From Flavobacteriaceae bacterium (GTDB lineage Bacteria; Bacteroidota; Bacteroidia; Flavobacteriales; Flavobacteriaceae), in contig OZ245049.1 in NCBI GenBank assembly GCA_965224465.1, positions 2,160,001 through 2,192,000 of the forward strand: 32,000 nucleotides of DNA, read 5' to 3'. The position numbers were made by a program, and so were the translations under genes. The notes beneath the pieces are model-generated. The model searched no databases and was not told where the DNA came from. It saw only the letters and a list, made by a program, of their open reading frames with translations. Below are positions 14,136 through 24,156 of this stretch, one piece after another. Position 1 is the stretch's first letter. Every line of letters starts with the position of its first letter.

Positions 14136-14678
14136 ATGAAAGCAACAGTAAAAAATTTCTTGATCATTTCTTTAATCACTATTAGTTCTATTTCTTTCAC
14201 TTCTTGCTCTAAAGACGGAGCTACCGAAGACATCTACTTAAACGAAGACCAAACAAGCGCAGTTAACAACGCTACAGGAAACACCACTACATATACTTAC
14301 ACTTCTATAGAAAGTGAAACCATTAATATAGTAAACACATACAGAGTATCTATCGGACTAAACAGCCTTACAAAAATAAGTTCAATCTCTGAACAAGCAG
14401 CAACTCACACAAACTACATTATTAAGAAAGGAAAAATAAGCCACGACAACTTTAATCAACGTTCAAATTTCTTAAAAAATAACATACGTGCAAAATCTGT
14501 AGGTGAAAATGTAGCTTCTGGATTCTCTACTGCTAAATCTGTTTTAAACGGATGGTTAAACAGCCCTACACACAGAGCAATTATAGAAGACCCGAAATAC
14601 ACACACACTGGAATAGCTATCAAAACTGATGAAAATGGCAAAAAGTATTTTGTTCAGATGTTTGTTGTAAAAAAATAA
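14136..14678 (+). CDS. CAP/SCP domain lipoprotein, copy 3 (180 aa)
   Basis: The protein is identical to copy 2. One synonymous difference was noticed (ggt vs ggc near the 3-prime end). Confidence 0.85.
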   Translation: MKATVKNFLIISLITISSISFTSCSKDGATEDIYLNEDQTSAVNNATGNTTTYTYTSIESETINIVNTYRVSIGLNSLTKISSISEQAATHTNYIIKKGKISHDNFNQRSNFLKNNIRAKSVGENVASGFSTAKSVLNGWLNSPTHRAIIEDPKYTHTGIAIKTDENGKKYFVQMFVVKK

Positions 14679-14714
14679 AACCCCGTAATAATTCAATCAG
14701 ATTACTGATGCTGT

Positions 14715-14750
14715 CAGCCTTTCATATCATATGAAAGGCTGTTTGTTTTT
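14715..14750 (+). terminator. Rho-independent terminator after CAP copy 3
   Basis: The hairpin is cagcctttcat-atcat-atgaaaggctg, followed by tttgttttt. Confidence 0.7.
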
Positions 14751-14826
14751 AATACGATTGCCTATTTATCACGCCCCGTCTAAACAACGCCTTCACCTCT
14801 TTATAATAGAACAGCTTCCTTTTACA

Positions 14827-14980
14827 CCAAATACATTTCCAAGTGACCGTTTAGAAATGTAATTATTTTTTATTTTAGCTAGGCAAAAAACCTAAGGGTA
14901 GCCTTATCGTTCTGTTTTCCAACAACGATAGACCTTAAAACAAACTATTTCACATCGGTCTTTCTGGATTGTAATTGGTA
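14827..14980 (-). repeat. MITE-like element, copy A (full length, reverse orientation)
   Basis: It aligns along its length with copies at 23887-24040, 25096-25245, 28625-28775 and 28864-29012. The terminal inverted repeats are approximately TCCAA(A)RTGACSG. Confidence 0.65.
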
Positions 14981-15267
14981 TAATATAACCTACAAAAAAA
15001 GAATTTATTTAGCATTAACAATAGCTAATTGAAGATCAAATGGCATGATTAACGACACAAACAGATGTAAAATAGTAATAAAACACATTTATTAAGTAAA
15101 AAAAAGCTATATTTGACAAGCAGCAAAACTTGATGAAGCCCCAATTGACATCCCTTAAATAGACATTTCGGATACTCACAATTCAATATAGTTAGATAAA
15201 CAAAATAACAACAGACTCCCCTTCCAACTCAATCTGTTGATTCTAATAAATATAAACAACGAATAAA

Positions 15268-15780
15268 ATGAAAACTTTATCCCCAAAATTCCTGTTTTTA
15301 GTACTACTTACACTTGTACTATTCTCCTGTTCAAAACAAGACGACAGCACTTATTTTGAAAAAGAAGAACCGAGCCCTGAATTACCCAACACCAAGTCCT
15401 ACAGCTCCATGGAAACACAAATCATACAGTTGATAAATACACACAGGATCTCTTTAAATCTTCACGCACTATCTCCTCTAGATATCATCACGAACGAATC
15501 CTCTAAACACACAGATTATATGATAGAAAATGGAGAGATAAGTCATTATAATTTCAAGAAACGCGCAGACAAGCTCATTAAAAATGCAAAAGCTACGTTT
15601 GTAGGAGAAAATGTAGCTTACGGATACAGCACTGCAAAAGGAGTCGTATCTGGATGGCTCAATAGCGAAGCCCATAGATTTACAATAGAAAACCCAAAAT
15701 ACACAAACATAGGAATCTCAATAAAAAAAAATAAGAAAGATAGGAACTTCTTTACAAACATTTTTATCCAAAAAAAATAA
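15268..15780 (+). CDS. CAP/SCP domain lipoprotein, diverged fourth paralogue (170 aa)
   Basis: It has lipobox LFSC and the same CAP pattern (INTHR..L.L..L......S..H..YM...G.ISH..F..R.......VGENVAYG.....GVVSGWLNS..HR..IENPKYT). Confidence 0.85.
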   Translation: MKTLSPKFLFLVLLTLVLFSCSKQDDSTYFEKEEPSPELPNTKSYSSMETQIIQLINTHRISLNLHALSPLDIITNESSKHTDYMIENGEISHYNFKKRADKLIKNAKATFVGENVAYGYSTAKGVVSGWLNSEAHRFTIENPKYTNIGISIKKNKKDRNFFTNIFIQKK

Positions 15781-15842
15781 CGTGTAACACTCATAAATAT
15801 GTAGCACTAAAACTGAGCAACACTTGTTTCTAATAGATTTAT

Positions 15843-15975
15843 ACCAAATACATTTCCAGGTGACGGTTTAGAAATAAAATTATTTTTTTGTTTTAGCTAG
15901 AGAAGAAACAACATTACCAGTTCTATTATTTAACAAAAAAGACTTGATTTTACATCAGTCATTAGGAATTGTTTT
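15843..15975 (-). repeat. MITE-like element, copy B (degenerate, reverse orientation)
   Basis: accaaatacatttccaggtgacggtttagaaat... matches the end of copy A. The interior has diverged. Confidence 0.5.
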
Positions 15976-16286
15976 ATGTATACAATAATTCCAACAGCCG
16001 TAGCAACAGCCCTACACAAGGTTAATATCAATGCTACGGTTGTTTTTTAAAGCCCTAGAAAAACAAGAACACACGTTTCTCCTCAAATTTTAAAATGCGA
16101 ACTCCTAAAAAAAACGCATTTCTACACCCTGCATAAAATTACATATTCGATCACACAACTGAACATTCCCTTCTTTTACAGCTGAAAAACAACAAAAAAG
16201 AGCAAGGCGCACTCACAAAACTCACTGGATCTAAAAGAACGATAACAATTTGAATTAAAAATAACCAAACACTCCTTATCAGTTCC

Positions 16287-16318
16287 ATTGCTTATCCTAA
16301 TATTTTATATTATGTTTG
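16287..16318 (+). promoter_or_regulatory. Candidate Bacteroidota sigma-A promoter for lpdA (TTG-N20-TATGTTTG)
   Basis: TATGTTTG at 16311-16318 matches TAnnTTTG and lies 20 nt upstream of the ATG at 16339. An aTTG lies 20 nt further upstream. Confidence 0.4.
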
Positions 16319-16338
16319 TACTATAAATTAAACTTACT

Positions 16339-17742
16339 ATGACTAAATACGATGTAGCCGTAATTGGCTCTGGACCTGGCGGATATGTTGCCGCTATTAG
16401 ATGTGCACAACTCGGTTTAAAAACTGCTATCATTGAAAAATATGACACTTTAGGAGGTACATGTTTAAACGTAGGATGTATTCCATCTAAGGCTTTACTA
16501 GATTCTTCCCATCACTATCATGATGCTGTATCTAATTTTGACAAACACGGCATCAATATAGATTCGATTCATATTGATTTCAGCAAAATGATTGCCCGCA
16601 AAAACGAGGTAGTAAAACAAACCAGCAGTGGGATTAATTTTTTAATGGACAAAAACAATATTGATTTATTTACGGGTACAGGATCGTTTAAGGATGCAAC
16701 TCATATCACAATCAACAAGAAAGATGGAACAGTTGAAGAAATAGAAGCTAGCAAAACTATAATTGCCACAGGTTCTAAACCATCTTCACTGCCTTTTATC
16801 AATATAGACAAAGAAAAAGTAATCACATCTACAGAAGCGCTCAGTCTAAAAGAAATTCCAAAACACCTTATTGTAATAGGAGGCGGAGTTATAGGACTTG
16901 AATTAGGATCTGTATACAAACGATTAGGAGCACAAGTCTCTGTTATTGAATACATGCCCACTATAATCCCTGGAATGGATTTAATGCTTGCAAAAGAACT
17001 CCAAAAATCACTTAAAAAACAAGGGGTTAAATTTTTCACAGGCCATAAAGTAACTGCTGTAGAAAACAACAATGGAGCAATAACTGTATCTGCTGACGAC
17101 AAAAAAGGCAGGCCCGTTACATTTAATGGAGATTACTGTTTGGTTTCTGTAGGAAGACATGCTTATACCACAGGATTGGGATTAGAAAACGTTGGAATTA
17201 AAACAAACAAGCGTGGACAGGTAGAAACCAATGCACATTTACAAACTTCACAATCTAATATATTTGCCATAGGAGATGTAGTTATAGGAGCTATGCTAGC
17301 ACACAAAGCAGAGGAAGAAGGAACTATGGTTGCAGAATTTATAGCAGGACAAAAACCACACATTAATTACAACTTGATTCCTGGAGTGATTTACACTTGG
17401 CCAGAAGTAGCAACCGTTGGAAAAACGGAAGAACAATTAAAATCAGAAGGGATTAACTATAAATCTGGAAGCTTTCAAATGCGTGCCTTAGGTCGTGCTA
17501 GAGCAAGTATGGACACAGAAGGTCAAGTAAAAGTATTGGCAGACGCAAGCACTGATGAAATCTTAGGAGTACATATTATTGGAGCGAGAGCGGCAGACAT
17601 GATAGCTGAAGCTGTTGTAGCAATGGAATACAGAGCATCTGCAGAGGATATTTCTCGCATATCTCACGCCCATCCTACCTTTACAGAAGCCATTAAAGAA
17701 GCCTGTTTAGCAGCAACCGATAATAGATCCATTCACAGTTAA
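16339..17742 (+). CDS. lpdA: Dihydrolipoyl dehydrogenase (E3 component)
   Basis: It has the FAD motif GSGPGGY, the redox-active disulfide motif GGTCLNVGCIPSK and a C-terminal HAHPT dimerisation motif, and is 467 aa long. Confidence 0.95.
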   Translation: MTKYDVAVIGSGPGGYVAAIRCAQLGLKTAIIEKYDTLGGTCLNVGCIPSKALLDSSHHYHDAVSNFDKHGINIDSIHIDFSKMIARKNEVVKQTSSGINFLMDKNNIDLFTGTGSFKDATHITINKKDGTVEEIEASKTIIATGSKPSSLPFINIDKEKVITSTEALSLKEIPKHLIVIGGGVIGLELGSVYKRLGAQVSVIEYMPTIIPGMDLMLAKELQKSLKKQGVKFFTGHKVTAVENNNGAITVSADDKKGRPVTFNGDYCLVSVGRHAYTTGLGLENVGIKTNKRGQVETNAHLQTSQSNIFAIGDVVIGAMLAHKAEEEGTMVAEFIAGQKPHINYNLIPGVIYTWPEVATVGKTEEQLKSEGINYKSGSFQMRALGRARASMDTEGQVKVLADASTDEILGVHIIGARAADMIAEAVVAMEYRASAEDISRISHAHPTFTEAIKEACLAATDNRSIHS

Positions 17743-17751
17743 AATTAATTT

Positions 17752-18288
17752 ATGGAATATAATTTAGGAATTGGATCTCGCATTTCACACCCTAGCTTTG
17801 GACAAGGTGTAGTTATCAATGTAAAAACATCTGGACTTGCAATTACTTTTATAGAACACGGTCTCAAAGTAATAGCTTCCAATAGTGAATTCGAGGTTAT
17901 TGAAGAGGTTTTACCAGACGAAGACACCGTAAGTTTTTACGATATAGAAACTACACTTACACAAATCTTAAAAAAATGGGGTGCTATTTCAGAGATTGTC
18001 CCTCTTAGTGATAAGTGGACTGGAGGAACTATGGTCTTACACCCAGGTGACACGAGTTTGCAAGCTAAAGAAATTCCCATTAGTACATTTTTCCATAAAA
18101 TTATTATGCTACGCGATCGAATCCGTGTAATGGAGCAAAAAATAAACGCTAGTAAATCTTTATCCGATGAAGAAAAAATTGATTTAGAACAGTATATCCA
18201 TAGGATGTACGGAAGTTTAACTACGTTTAATGTTTTGTTTAAAAACCCATCACACAAATTTGTAGGAAGCGGAAAAAGTAGCAATTAG
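17752..18288 (+). CDS. Conserved hypothetical protein (178 aa)
   Basis: It is a long ORF co-oriented with lpdA, 9 nt downstream of it, and followed by a terminator. No family was recognised. Confidence 0.6.
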   Translation: MEYNLGIGSRISHPSFGQGVVINVKTSGLAITFIEHGLKVIASNSEFEVIEEVLPDEDTVSFYDIETTLTQILKKWGAISEIVPLSDKWTGGTMVLHPGDTSLQAKEIPISTFFHKIIMLRDRIRVMEQKINASKSLSDEEKIDLEQYIHRMYGSLTTFNVLFKNPSHKFVGSGKSSN

Positions 18289-18321
18289 GCACTTTTATAC
18301 ACGCTTGATTAATATTTACTA

Positions 18322-18359
18322 AAGAAGTCCTGTCAAATTGATAGGACTTCTTTATTTTT
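18322..18359 (+). terminator. Rho-independent terminator after the hypothetical gene
   Basis: The hairpin is gaagtcct-gtcaaattgat-aggacttc, followed by tttattttt. Confidence 0.65.
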
Positions 18360-18366
18360 GTACCCC

Positions 18367-19665
18367 ATGGAGAGAGTGACAAAAACAATACCGCTAGAAA
18401 ATCTACAAGAGTTCAAAGAACAAATTTTGTCTTGGGCACAACAGTTCGAGCAAGTATTATGGTTAGACAGTAACAATTACAACATGCAGCACTCGCAATA
18501 TGATGCGATACTCGCCGTAGATGCATCCTCTGAATTAACCACTTCCTATAAAGGCGCTTTTAATGCCTTAGAAAACTACCATACATCAGCGAATGATTAT
18601 ATTTTCGGCTACCTCAGCTATGATTTAAAAAATGATACTGAAGATTTAAAATCAACCAATTTTGACGGGCTAGAATTCCCAGCGCTTTATTTTTTCAGAC
18701 CTAAGCGACTCTTCTTCTTCCGAAAGAACAATATCACACTCGCATACCTATCTTCAAGTGCACAACAAATAGACACTGACATTACAGACATCCTATCCAC
18801 TAACACTACAAAACACCAAAGGAAGAAACTCCCGCCAGTAAAAATAAAATCAAGGATAGATAAAGATGCCTATCATCAAAAATTAACCAACGTACTGGAA
18901 CACATTCACAGAGGAGATATTTATGAAGCAAATTTCTGCCAGGAGTTTTATGCGGAAGACACAGAAATCGACCCTTTAAAAATATACAACAATCTCAACA
19001 GCATTTCAAAAACCCCCTTTGCTAGCTATTTCAAGTCGAAACAGCACTATATACTATCCGCATCTCCAGAAAGATACCTGCAAAAAACGGGAAACACGCT
19101 GATTTCACAACCCATAAAAGGAACAGCAAAACGCTCTTTAAATCCAGAAGAAGACGCCTTATTGAAATTAAACCTAGCAAAAGATCCTAAGGAAATAGCA
19201 GAAAACATCATGATTGTAGATTTGGTACGAAACGACCTTTCAAAAATCGCTCAAAGAGGCAGTGTAAAAGTAAAGGAACTCTGCAAAGTTTACAGTTTTA
19301 AACAAGTACATCAATTAATCTCCACAATTAGCTGTACAACGCGCACAGAGACATCACCTATAGCTATTCTTAAACACACATTCCCAATGGGCAGTATGAC
19401 AGGTGCACCAAAAATATCAGCAATGCAAATTATGGAGCAATTAGAAGAGACAAAAAGAGGGGTCTATTCTGGCGCTATAGGCTACATAAGCCCCTCAGGA
19501 GATTTTGATTTTAACGTAGTGATTAGAAGCATCCTCTACAACGCAAAAAAAAAATATATTTCGTTCTCCGTAGGAGGAGCCATTACCTCAAAATCTATTC
19601 CTGAAAAGGAATATGAAGAATGCTTACTCAAAGCCAATGCAATGAAAAAAGTTTTAGTTAAATAA
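18367..19665 (+). CDS. pabB: Aminodeoxychorismate synthase component I / anthranilate synthase component I family protein
   Basis: It has chorismate-binding enzyme motifs (SPERYL, PIKGT..R, DPKE.AEN.MIVDL.RND, TFPMGSMTGAPK, RG.Y.GAIGY). The ATG at 18367 is preferred over the listed TTG at 18358, which lies inside the terminator T-run. Confidence 0.8.
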   Translation: MERVTKTIPLENLQEFKEQILSWAQQFEQVLWLDSNNYNMQHSQYDAILAVDASSELTTSYKGAFNALENYHTSANDYIFGYLSYDLKNDTEDLKSTNFDGLEFPALYFFRPKRLFFFRKNNITLAYLSSSAQQIDTDITDILSTNTTKHQRKKLPPVKIKSRIDKDAYHQKLTNVLEHIHRGDIYEANFCQEFYAEDTEIDPLKIYNNLNSISKTPFASYFKSKQHYILSASPERYLQKTGNTLISQPIKGTAKRSLNPEEDALLKLNLAKDPKEIAENIMIVDLVRNDLSKIAQRGSVKVKELCKVYSFKQVHQLISTISCTTRTETSPIAILKHTFPMGSMTGAPKISAMQIMEQLEETKRGVYSGAIGYISPSGDFDFNVVIRSILYNAKKKYISFSVGGAITSKSIPEKEYEECLLKANAMKKVLVK

Positions 19666-19682
19666 AAGTAAAAGACTCTATT

Positions 19683-21017
19683 ATGTTAAAAAAACTACGC
19701 ACACATATCCAAGAAAACCTTCCTTTTTTATCCAATAAAAAGCTATTACTTGCTGTTTCAGGAGGTATTGACAGTATGATATTAGTAGACACATTCTATA
19801 AACTAAACCTAGATATAGGAATTGCGCATTGTAATTTTAAATTACGCAACAAGTCTAGTGATAAGGATGAAAAATTTGTAATAGACACTGCAAATAAGCT
19901 TAAAATCCCAATGTTCAACATCTCTTTTGAAACCAAAAGCTACGCAAACGAACATCAATTATCTATCCAAATGGCAGCCAGAGAACTTCGTTATCACTGG
20001 TTTTACAAAATTTTATCAGAAAATAAGTACGATTATTTATTGACGGCCCATCATAAAGATGATGTTATAGAAACCTTCTTAATTAATTTCAGTAGAGGAA
20101 CTGGATTAGATGGACTTACAGGAATCCCCGAAGTAAATAATGAAATAATTCGCCCTTTACTTCCTTTTTCTAGAAATGATATTAATGTATATGCTGCTAA
20201 AAACAACCTTACATGGAGAGAAGACAAAAGCAATGCAGACACCAAGTACTTGCGAAATAAAATTAGGCACAACGTAATCCCCGTTTTTAAAGAACTCAAT
20301 CCAGGTTTCTTGGAATCGTTTACACAAACACTTTCTCATTTAAACGAAAGCAAAACGTTTATAGACCAACAAATAAACCGCATTAAGGACGCCGTTGTGC
20401 GTACCGAAAACCACCTCCTTTTTATAGACATTGAAAAACTACAAAACCAAGGAGGAGAAGCCTTTATTCTACGAGAAATCTTGAAGAAATATCAATTCAC
20501 ACAATGGGATGATATCTATAATTTACTCACTGCTCAAAGCGGAAAATTCTTAACAAGTGCTACGCATCGCATACTAAAAGACAGAGGAGAACTTATTCTT
20601 TCAGAAATTCCATCTACAGAAACAAGTACTTTTTTAATACACAAAGACAGTAAAAAAATCAAGCATCCGATTTATTTAAAATTCAAAAAAATAGATGATG
20701 ACAAACTTAAAAAACTCAAAAAAAACCCGAAGTCAGCCTCGCATAAAATCCATATAGACCTCGATAGCATTTCCTACCCACTTACTTTAAAAAAATGGCA
20801 ACAAGGTGACTTTTTCTTCCCCTTTGGTATGCAAGGAAAGAAAAAACTATCTAAGTTCTTCAAAGACGAAAAAATGTCGATTTTAGACAAAGAAAACACA
20901 TGGGTATTGTGTACAGAAAGCAACATTATTTGGATTGTAGGAAGACGAATGGATGAACGTTATAAAATAAAAAAAACAACAAAAAACGGATTAAAGATAC
21001 ATTTTAAAACAATTTAA
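19683..21017 (+). CDS. tilS: tRNA(Ile)-lysidine synthetase
   Basis: It has the N-terminal PP-loop SGGIDS and the LLTAHHKDD motif. Its length of 444 aa is typical of TilS. Confidence 0.9.
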   Translation: MLKKLRTHIQENLPFLSNKKLLLAVSGGIDSMILVDTFYKLNLDIGIAHCNFKLRNKSSDKDEKFVIDTANKLKIPMFNISFETKSYANEHQLSIQMAARELRYHWFYKILSENKYDYLLTAHHKDDVIETFLINFSRGTGLDGLTGIPEVNNEIIRPLLPFSRNDINVYAAKNNLTWREDKSNADTKYLRNKIRHNVIPVFKELNPGFLESFTQTLSHLNESKTFIDQQINRIKDAVVRTENHLLFIDIEKLQNQGGEAFILREILKKYQFTQWDDIYNLLTAQSGKFLTSATHRILKDRGELILSEIPSTETSTFLIHKDSKKIKHPIYLKFKKIDDDKLKKLKKNPKSASHKIHIDLDSISYPLTLKKWQQGDFFFPFGMQGKKKLSKFFKDEKMSILDKENTWVLCTESNIIWIVGRRMDERYKIKKTTKNGLKIHFKTI

Positions 21018-21194
21018 AACAGAAAATAAACCTACACATTTACGAATATCAATTACATTAAATGAATTTAAGAGTAGTATTTATTATGTTTAATGCCCTA
21101 AAACATGTTTTTTAATACACATTAATTAATAATTAAAAACAAACACGTTTATTAATACAGCTTTTGTAACTTCACTTTTTAAATCAAAATTTGC

Positions 21195-23786
21195 ATGAGC
21201 ACAAGACCAAAATTAACACGTTTCAACGAAAACGTTTTAGCGAAATACCAAATTTACAATAGTATTTTCATGACATTGCCCTTCGATGCGATCACGAAAA
21301 CAGGTGTACTGTTACCCTTATTTCATGATATTTGTGAAGACGGATTCAAGCAAGGAAAAAACCCAACAACAATTGTTCATGAGTTTTTTAATACCTATCA
21401 AGAAAAACTAAACGAAGACGAAAAAACCAATTTACTTTTTCGTTTCATCCAATATATAGAACGGCAAGTCGTTCTTTTTGACGCCATTGAAGACGCAGCA
21501 TTTCCAATTGTAAACAACATGGACGGTGTCGGAACGCTCAGGTACACTAAAGAAACAGCTCAGAAAGAAAACAAAATGGATGCCTTAAAAAAACATCTAG
21601 AAAATTTTAAAGTCCGTATTGTCCTAACTGCTCACCCAACTCAGTTTTACCCAGGAACAGTCCTTGGAATTATCAATGATTTACAAGAAGCGATCGAAAA
21701 TAGTGATTTATTAACCATTAATAAATTATTAGCGCAACTAGGGAAAACACCTTTCTTTAAAAAAGAAAAACCAACTCCTTACGATGAGGCAGTGAGTTTA
21801 ATTTGGTATTTAGAAAATGTCTTTTACGAGTCTATTGGAACTATTTTTAATTACATCCAATCCAATATCTTTAAAGGAGAAGAAATAAACAACGAAATTA
21901 TAAATTTAGGTTTTTGGCCCGGAGGAGACCGCGATGGAAATCCATTTGTAACCACTCAAATAACGCTAGATGTAGCGAATAGATTAAAACAATCTATCCT
22001 TAAGAATTACTACAAGGACATTAGATCTTTAAAACGCAGACTAACATTTAACGGTGTAGAAGATCGCATTTCTAAAATCGAAAACTTCCTATATAAAAGC
22101 AGTCTAAATCCTAACAATACAGAACAACTAAGCAGTCGAGAATTGCGTAAGGAATTGATTGAAGTTAAAAACATATTGATAGATAAACACCAGTCTTTAT
22201 TTGTGCCCGAGTTAAACGAGATGATTAATAAAGTACAGCTATTTGGATATCATTTTGCCACTTTAGACATCAGACAAGACAGTCGAGTACACCATGAATT
22301 GTTTACAAAAATGGTAGATTCTCTTAACAAACAAGGGTCTGAAATATTCCCTAAAGAGTATAACAATTTTACTGAAGAGAGACAAATAAAACACCTCGCA
22401 AATATCAAAGGCACATTAAATCCTGAGGATTTTAACGATGAAATGCTGACCAAAACACTGGCTTCTATCTATGCCATGAAAGAAATCCAGAAGAACAACG
22501 GAGAAAAAGGAGCCAATAGATACATCATCAGCAATAACCAGACAGCTCTGAATGTAATGCAAACTTTTGCCATGTTAAACCTATGCGGATTTAACGATGA
22601 AAGAACCGTAGACATTATTCCATTGTTTGAAACCATTAACGATTTAAAACATGCCGCTGATGTAATGCAGGTACTTTACCAGGTAAAAGAATACAGAGAA
22701 CACGTGAAGGCACGGGGAGACAAGCAAACCATTATGCTTGGCTTTTCTGACGGAACAAAAGATGGAGGTTATCTGATGGCAAACTGGAGTATTTTTACGG
22801 CTAAAGAAACCTTAACAGCCATTTCTAGACACTACGGAATAGATGTCGTGTTTTTTGACGGTAGAGGAGGCCCACCAGCACGTGGAGGAGGAAAAACACA
22901 TCAATTTTATGCTTCTCTAGGACCTACTATTGAGGACAAAGAAATTCAAATGACAGTGCAAGGACAAACCATAAGTTCTAATTTTGGCACCTTGGATTCT
23001 TCTCAGTATAATATTGAACAATTACTAAGTGCAGGAATTGCCAATCAACTGTTCAGTGGCGCAGCTAATATCATGACTAAAAAAGACAAAACCATGATGA
23101 ATGCCTTAGCCAACACAAGCTACGAAGCCTATGTAGATTTTAAAAATCACCCTATGTTCTTACCGTATTTAGAACGTATGAGTACCTTAAAATACTATGC
23201 AAAAACCAATATTGGAAGTAGACCCTCCAAGCGCGCTTCAAAAACTGGAGGTTTAGTTTTCTCTGACTTACGCGCCATTCCATTTGTAGGCTCATGGAGT
23301 CAATTAAAGCAAAATGTACCTGGCTTTTTTGGTGTAGGAACTGCCTTAAAGAAATTTGAAGACAGTGGAGAATTTGACGCTGTTATTCAATTTTACCAGC
23401 AATCAGAGTTCTTTAAAGCATTGATTGGAAATTGCATGATGTCTTTGACTAAATCTTTTTTCGAATTAACAGAATACATGTCTAGAGATGAGGAATTCGG
23501 TGCATTTTGGACTGTTTTACATACAGAATACCTAACTACAAAACGATTGATCCTCAAACTAACTGGCTATACAGAATTGATGCAAAACAACAAACCTGGA
23601 AAGGCAAGTATAAACGTAAGAGAATCTATTGTATTGCCTTTATTGACCATCCAACAATTTGCGTTAAAAAAGATACAGGAATTACAAAAAGAAAGCCCTG
23701 TAGATAAAGAGCAATTAGAAGTGTACGAAAAAATAGTGACAAGATCCTTGTTTGGAAATATTAATGCAAGTAGAAATTCTGCTTAA
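21195..23786 (+). CDS. ppc: Phosphoenolpyruvate carboxylase
   Basis: It has the motifs VLTAHPTQ, GYSDG-like FSDGTKDGG and FDGRGGPPARGGG, and is 863 aa long. Confidence 0.95.
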   Translation: MSTRPKLTRFNENVLAKYQIYNSIFMTLPFDAITKTGVLLPLFHDICEDGFKQGKNPTTIVHEFFNTYQEKLNEDEKTNLLFRFIQYIERQVVLFDAIEDAAFPIVNNMDGVGTLRYTKETAQKENKMDALKKHLENFKVRIVLTAHPTQFYPGTVLGIINDLQEAIENSDLLTINKLLAQLGKTPFFKKEKPTPYDEAVSLIWYLENVFYESIGTIFNYIQSNIFKGEEINNEIINLGFWPGGDRDGNPFVTTQITLDVANRLKQSILKNYYKDIRSLKRRLTFNGVEDRISKIENFLYKSSLNPNNTEQLSSRELRKELIEVKNILIDKHQSLFVPELNEMINKVQLFGYHFATLDIRQDSRVHHELFTKMVDSLNKQGSEIFPKEYNNFTEERQIKHLANIKGTLNPEDFNDEMLTKTLASIYAMKEIQKNNGEKGANRYIISNNQTALNVMQTFAMLNLCGFNDERTVDIIPLFETINDLKHAADVMQVLYQVKEYREHVKARGDKQTIMLGFSDGTKDGGYLMANWSIFTAKETLTAISRHYGIDVVFFDGRGGPPARGGGKTHQFYASLGPTIEDKEIQMTVQGQTISSNFGTLDSSQYNIEQLLSAGIANQLFSGAANIMTKKDKTMMNALANTSYEAYVDFKNHPMFLPYLERMSTLKYYAKTNIGSRPSKRASKTGGLVFSDLRAIPFVGSWSQLKQNVPGFFGVGTALKKFEDSGEFDAVIQFYQQSEFFKALIGNCMMSLTKSFFELTEYMSRDEEFGAFWTVLHTEYLTTKRLILKLTGYTELMQNNKPGKASINVRESIVLPLLTIQQFALKKIQELQKESPVDKEQLEVYEKIVTRSLFGNINASRNSA

Positions 23787-23811
23787 ATTACAGTGTAAAT
23801 TATACCCCCTA

Positions 23812-23846
23812 AAAAGTCCAAGACCTAAAATCTTGGACTTTTTTAT
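23812..23846 (+). terminator. Rho-independent terminator after ppc
   Basis: The hairpin is aagtccaaga-cctaaaa-tcttggactt, followed by ttttatttg. Confidence 0.7.
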
Positions 23847-23886
23847 TTGATTTTTATCAACTTATAAACTATAAGAATCAACACCA

Positions 23887-24040
23887 ATTACACTCCCAAA
23901 TAACCAATATAAATAGGTTGTTTTACGTTTTATCGTTGTTAAAAAACAGAACGATAACTAAGATTATCCTTCCATTTTCCACCTAAAAAAACAAAAAAAT
24001 AATTCCATTTCTAAACCGTCACTTGGAAATTTAATTGGTA
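23887..24040 (+). repeat. MITE-like element, copy C
   Basis: It reads attacactcccaaataaccaatataaataggttgttttacg...ccgtcacttggaaatttaattggta and aligns with copy D along its length. Confidence 0.65.
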
Positions 24041-24097
24041 ATACAATCTATGCTCAAAAACAGCAATAAAAATTGAAATTCTGCTTCGTATTATGTC

Positions 24098-24127
24098 CAA
24101 AAAAAAGCCTGTGATGTCACAGGCTTT
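24098..24127 (-). terminator. Rho-independent terminator after PorP/SprF copy 1 (bidirectional hairpin)
   Basis: The hairpin agcctgtga-tg-tcacaggct is flanked by an A-run on the plus strand, which is a T-run on the minus strand. Confidence 0.7.
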
Positions 24128-24156
24128 ATTAATGTTATTCTTAAAAAAACACTTCG

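Larger units (their letters stand above)
11382..14826 (+). repeat. Tandem triplication of a ~1244/1245-bp unit (gene starts 11647, 12891, 14136), each with one CAP-domain lipoprotein gene and ~700 bp of conserved non-coding DNA
   Basis: The three units align almost base for base. The upstream part of unit 1 continues at about 8658-8710 on the other side of the IS1595 insertion. Confidence 0.9.

Noticed and set aside
11382-14826. The regular repeats as a CRISPR array or a rearranged phage/plasmid concatemer
   Set aside because: The repeat period is about 1.24 kb and each unit contains a complete gene with its own terminator. There are no short repeat/spacer alternations and no cas genes.
7202-15675. 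Assorted short ORFs: 7202-7387(+), 7582-7767(+), 9121-9342(-), 10820-11002(-), 14456-14641(-) and 15478-15675(-)
   Set aside because: Each is antisense to, or overlaps, a well-supported gene (toxin, TssD-like, IS transposases, CAP genes) and has no independent support.
16701-18284. Minus-strand ORFs 16701-17102, 17163-17363, 17745-17927 and 17937-18284
   Set aside because: They are antisense to lpdA (which has unambiguous motifs) and to the co-oriented 178-aa ORF. Their translations are low-complexity and they lack operon context.
18358-18366. A TTG start for the pabB-like gene
   Set aside because: The TTG lies within the T-run of the upstream terminator. An ATG three codons downstream (18367) is a more plausible start.
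20051-23707. ORFs 20051-20299(-), 20157-20339(-), 22250-22453(-) and 23507-23707(+)
   Set aside because: They lie embedded in, or in alternative frames of, tilS and ppc, which are confidently identified.
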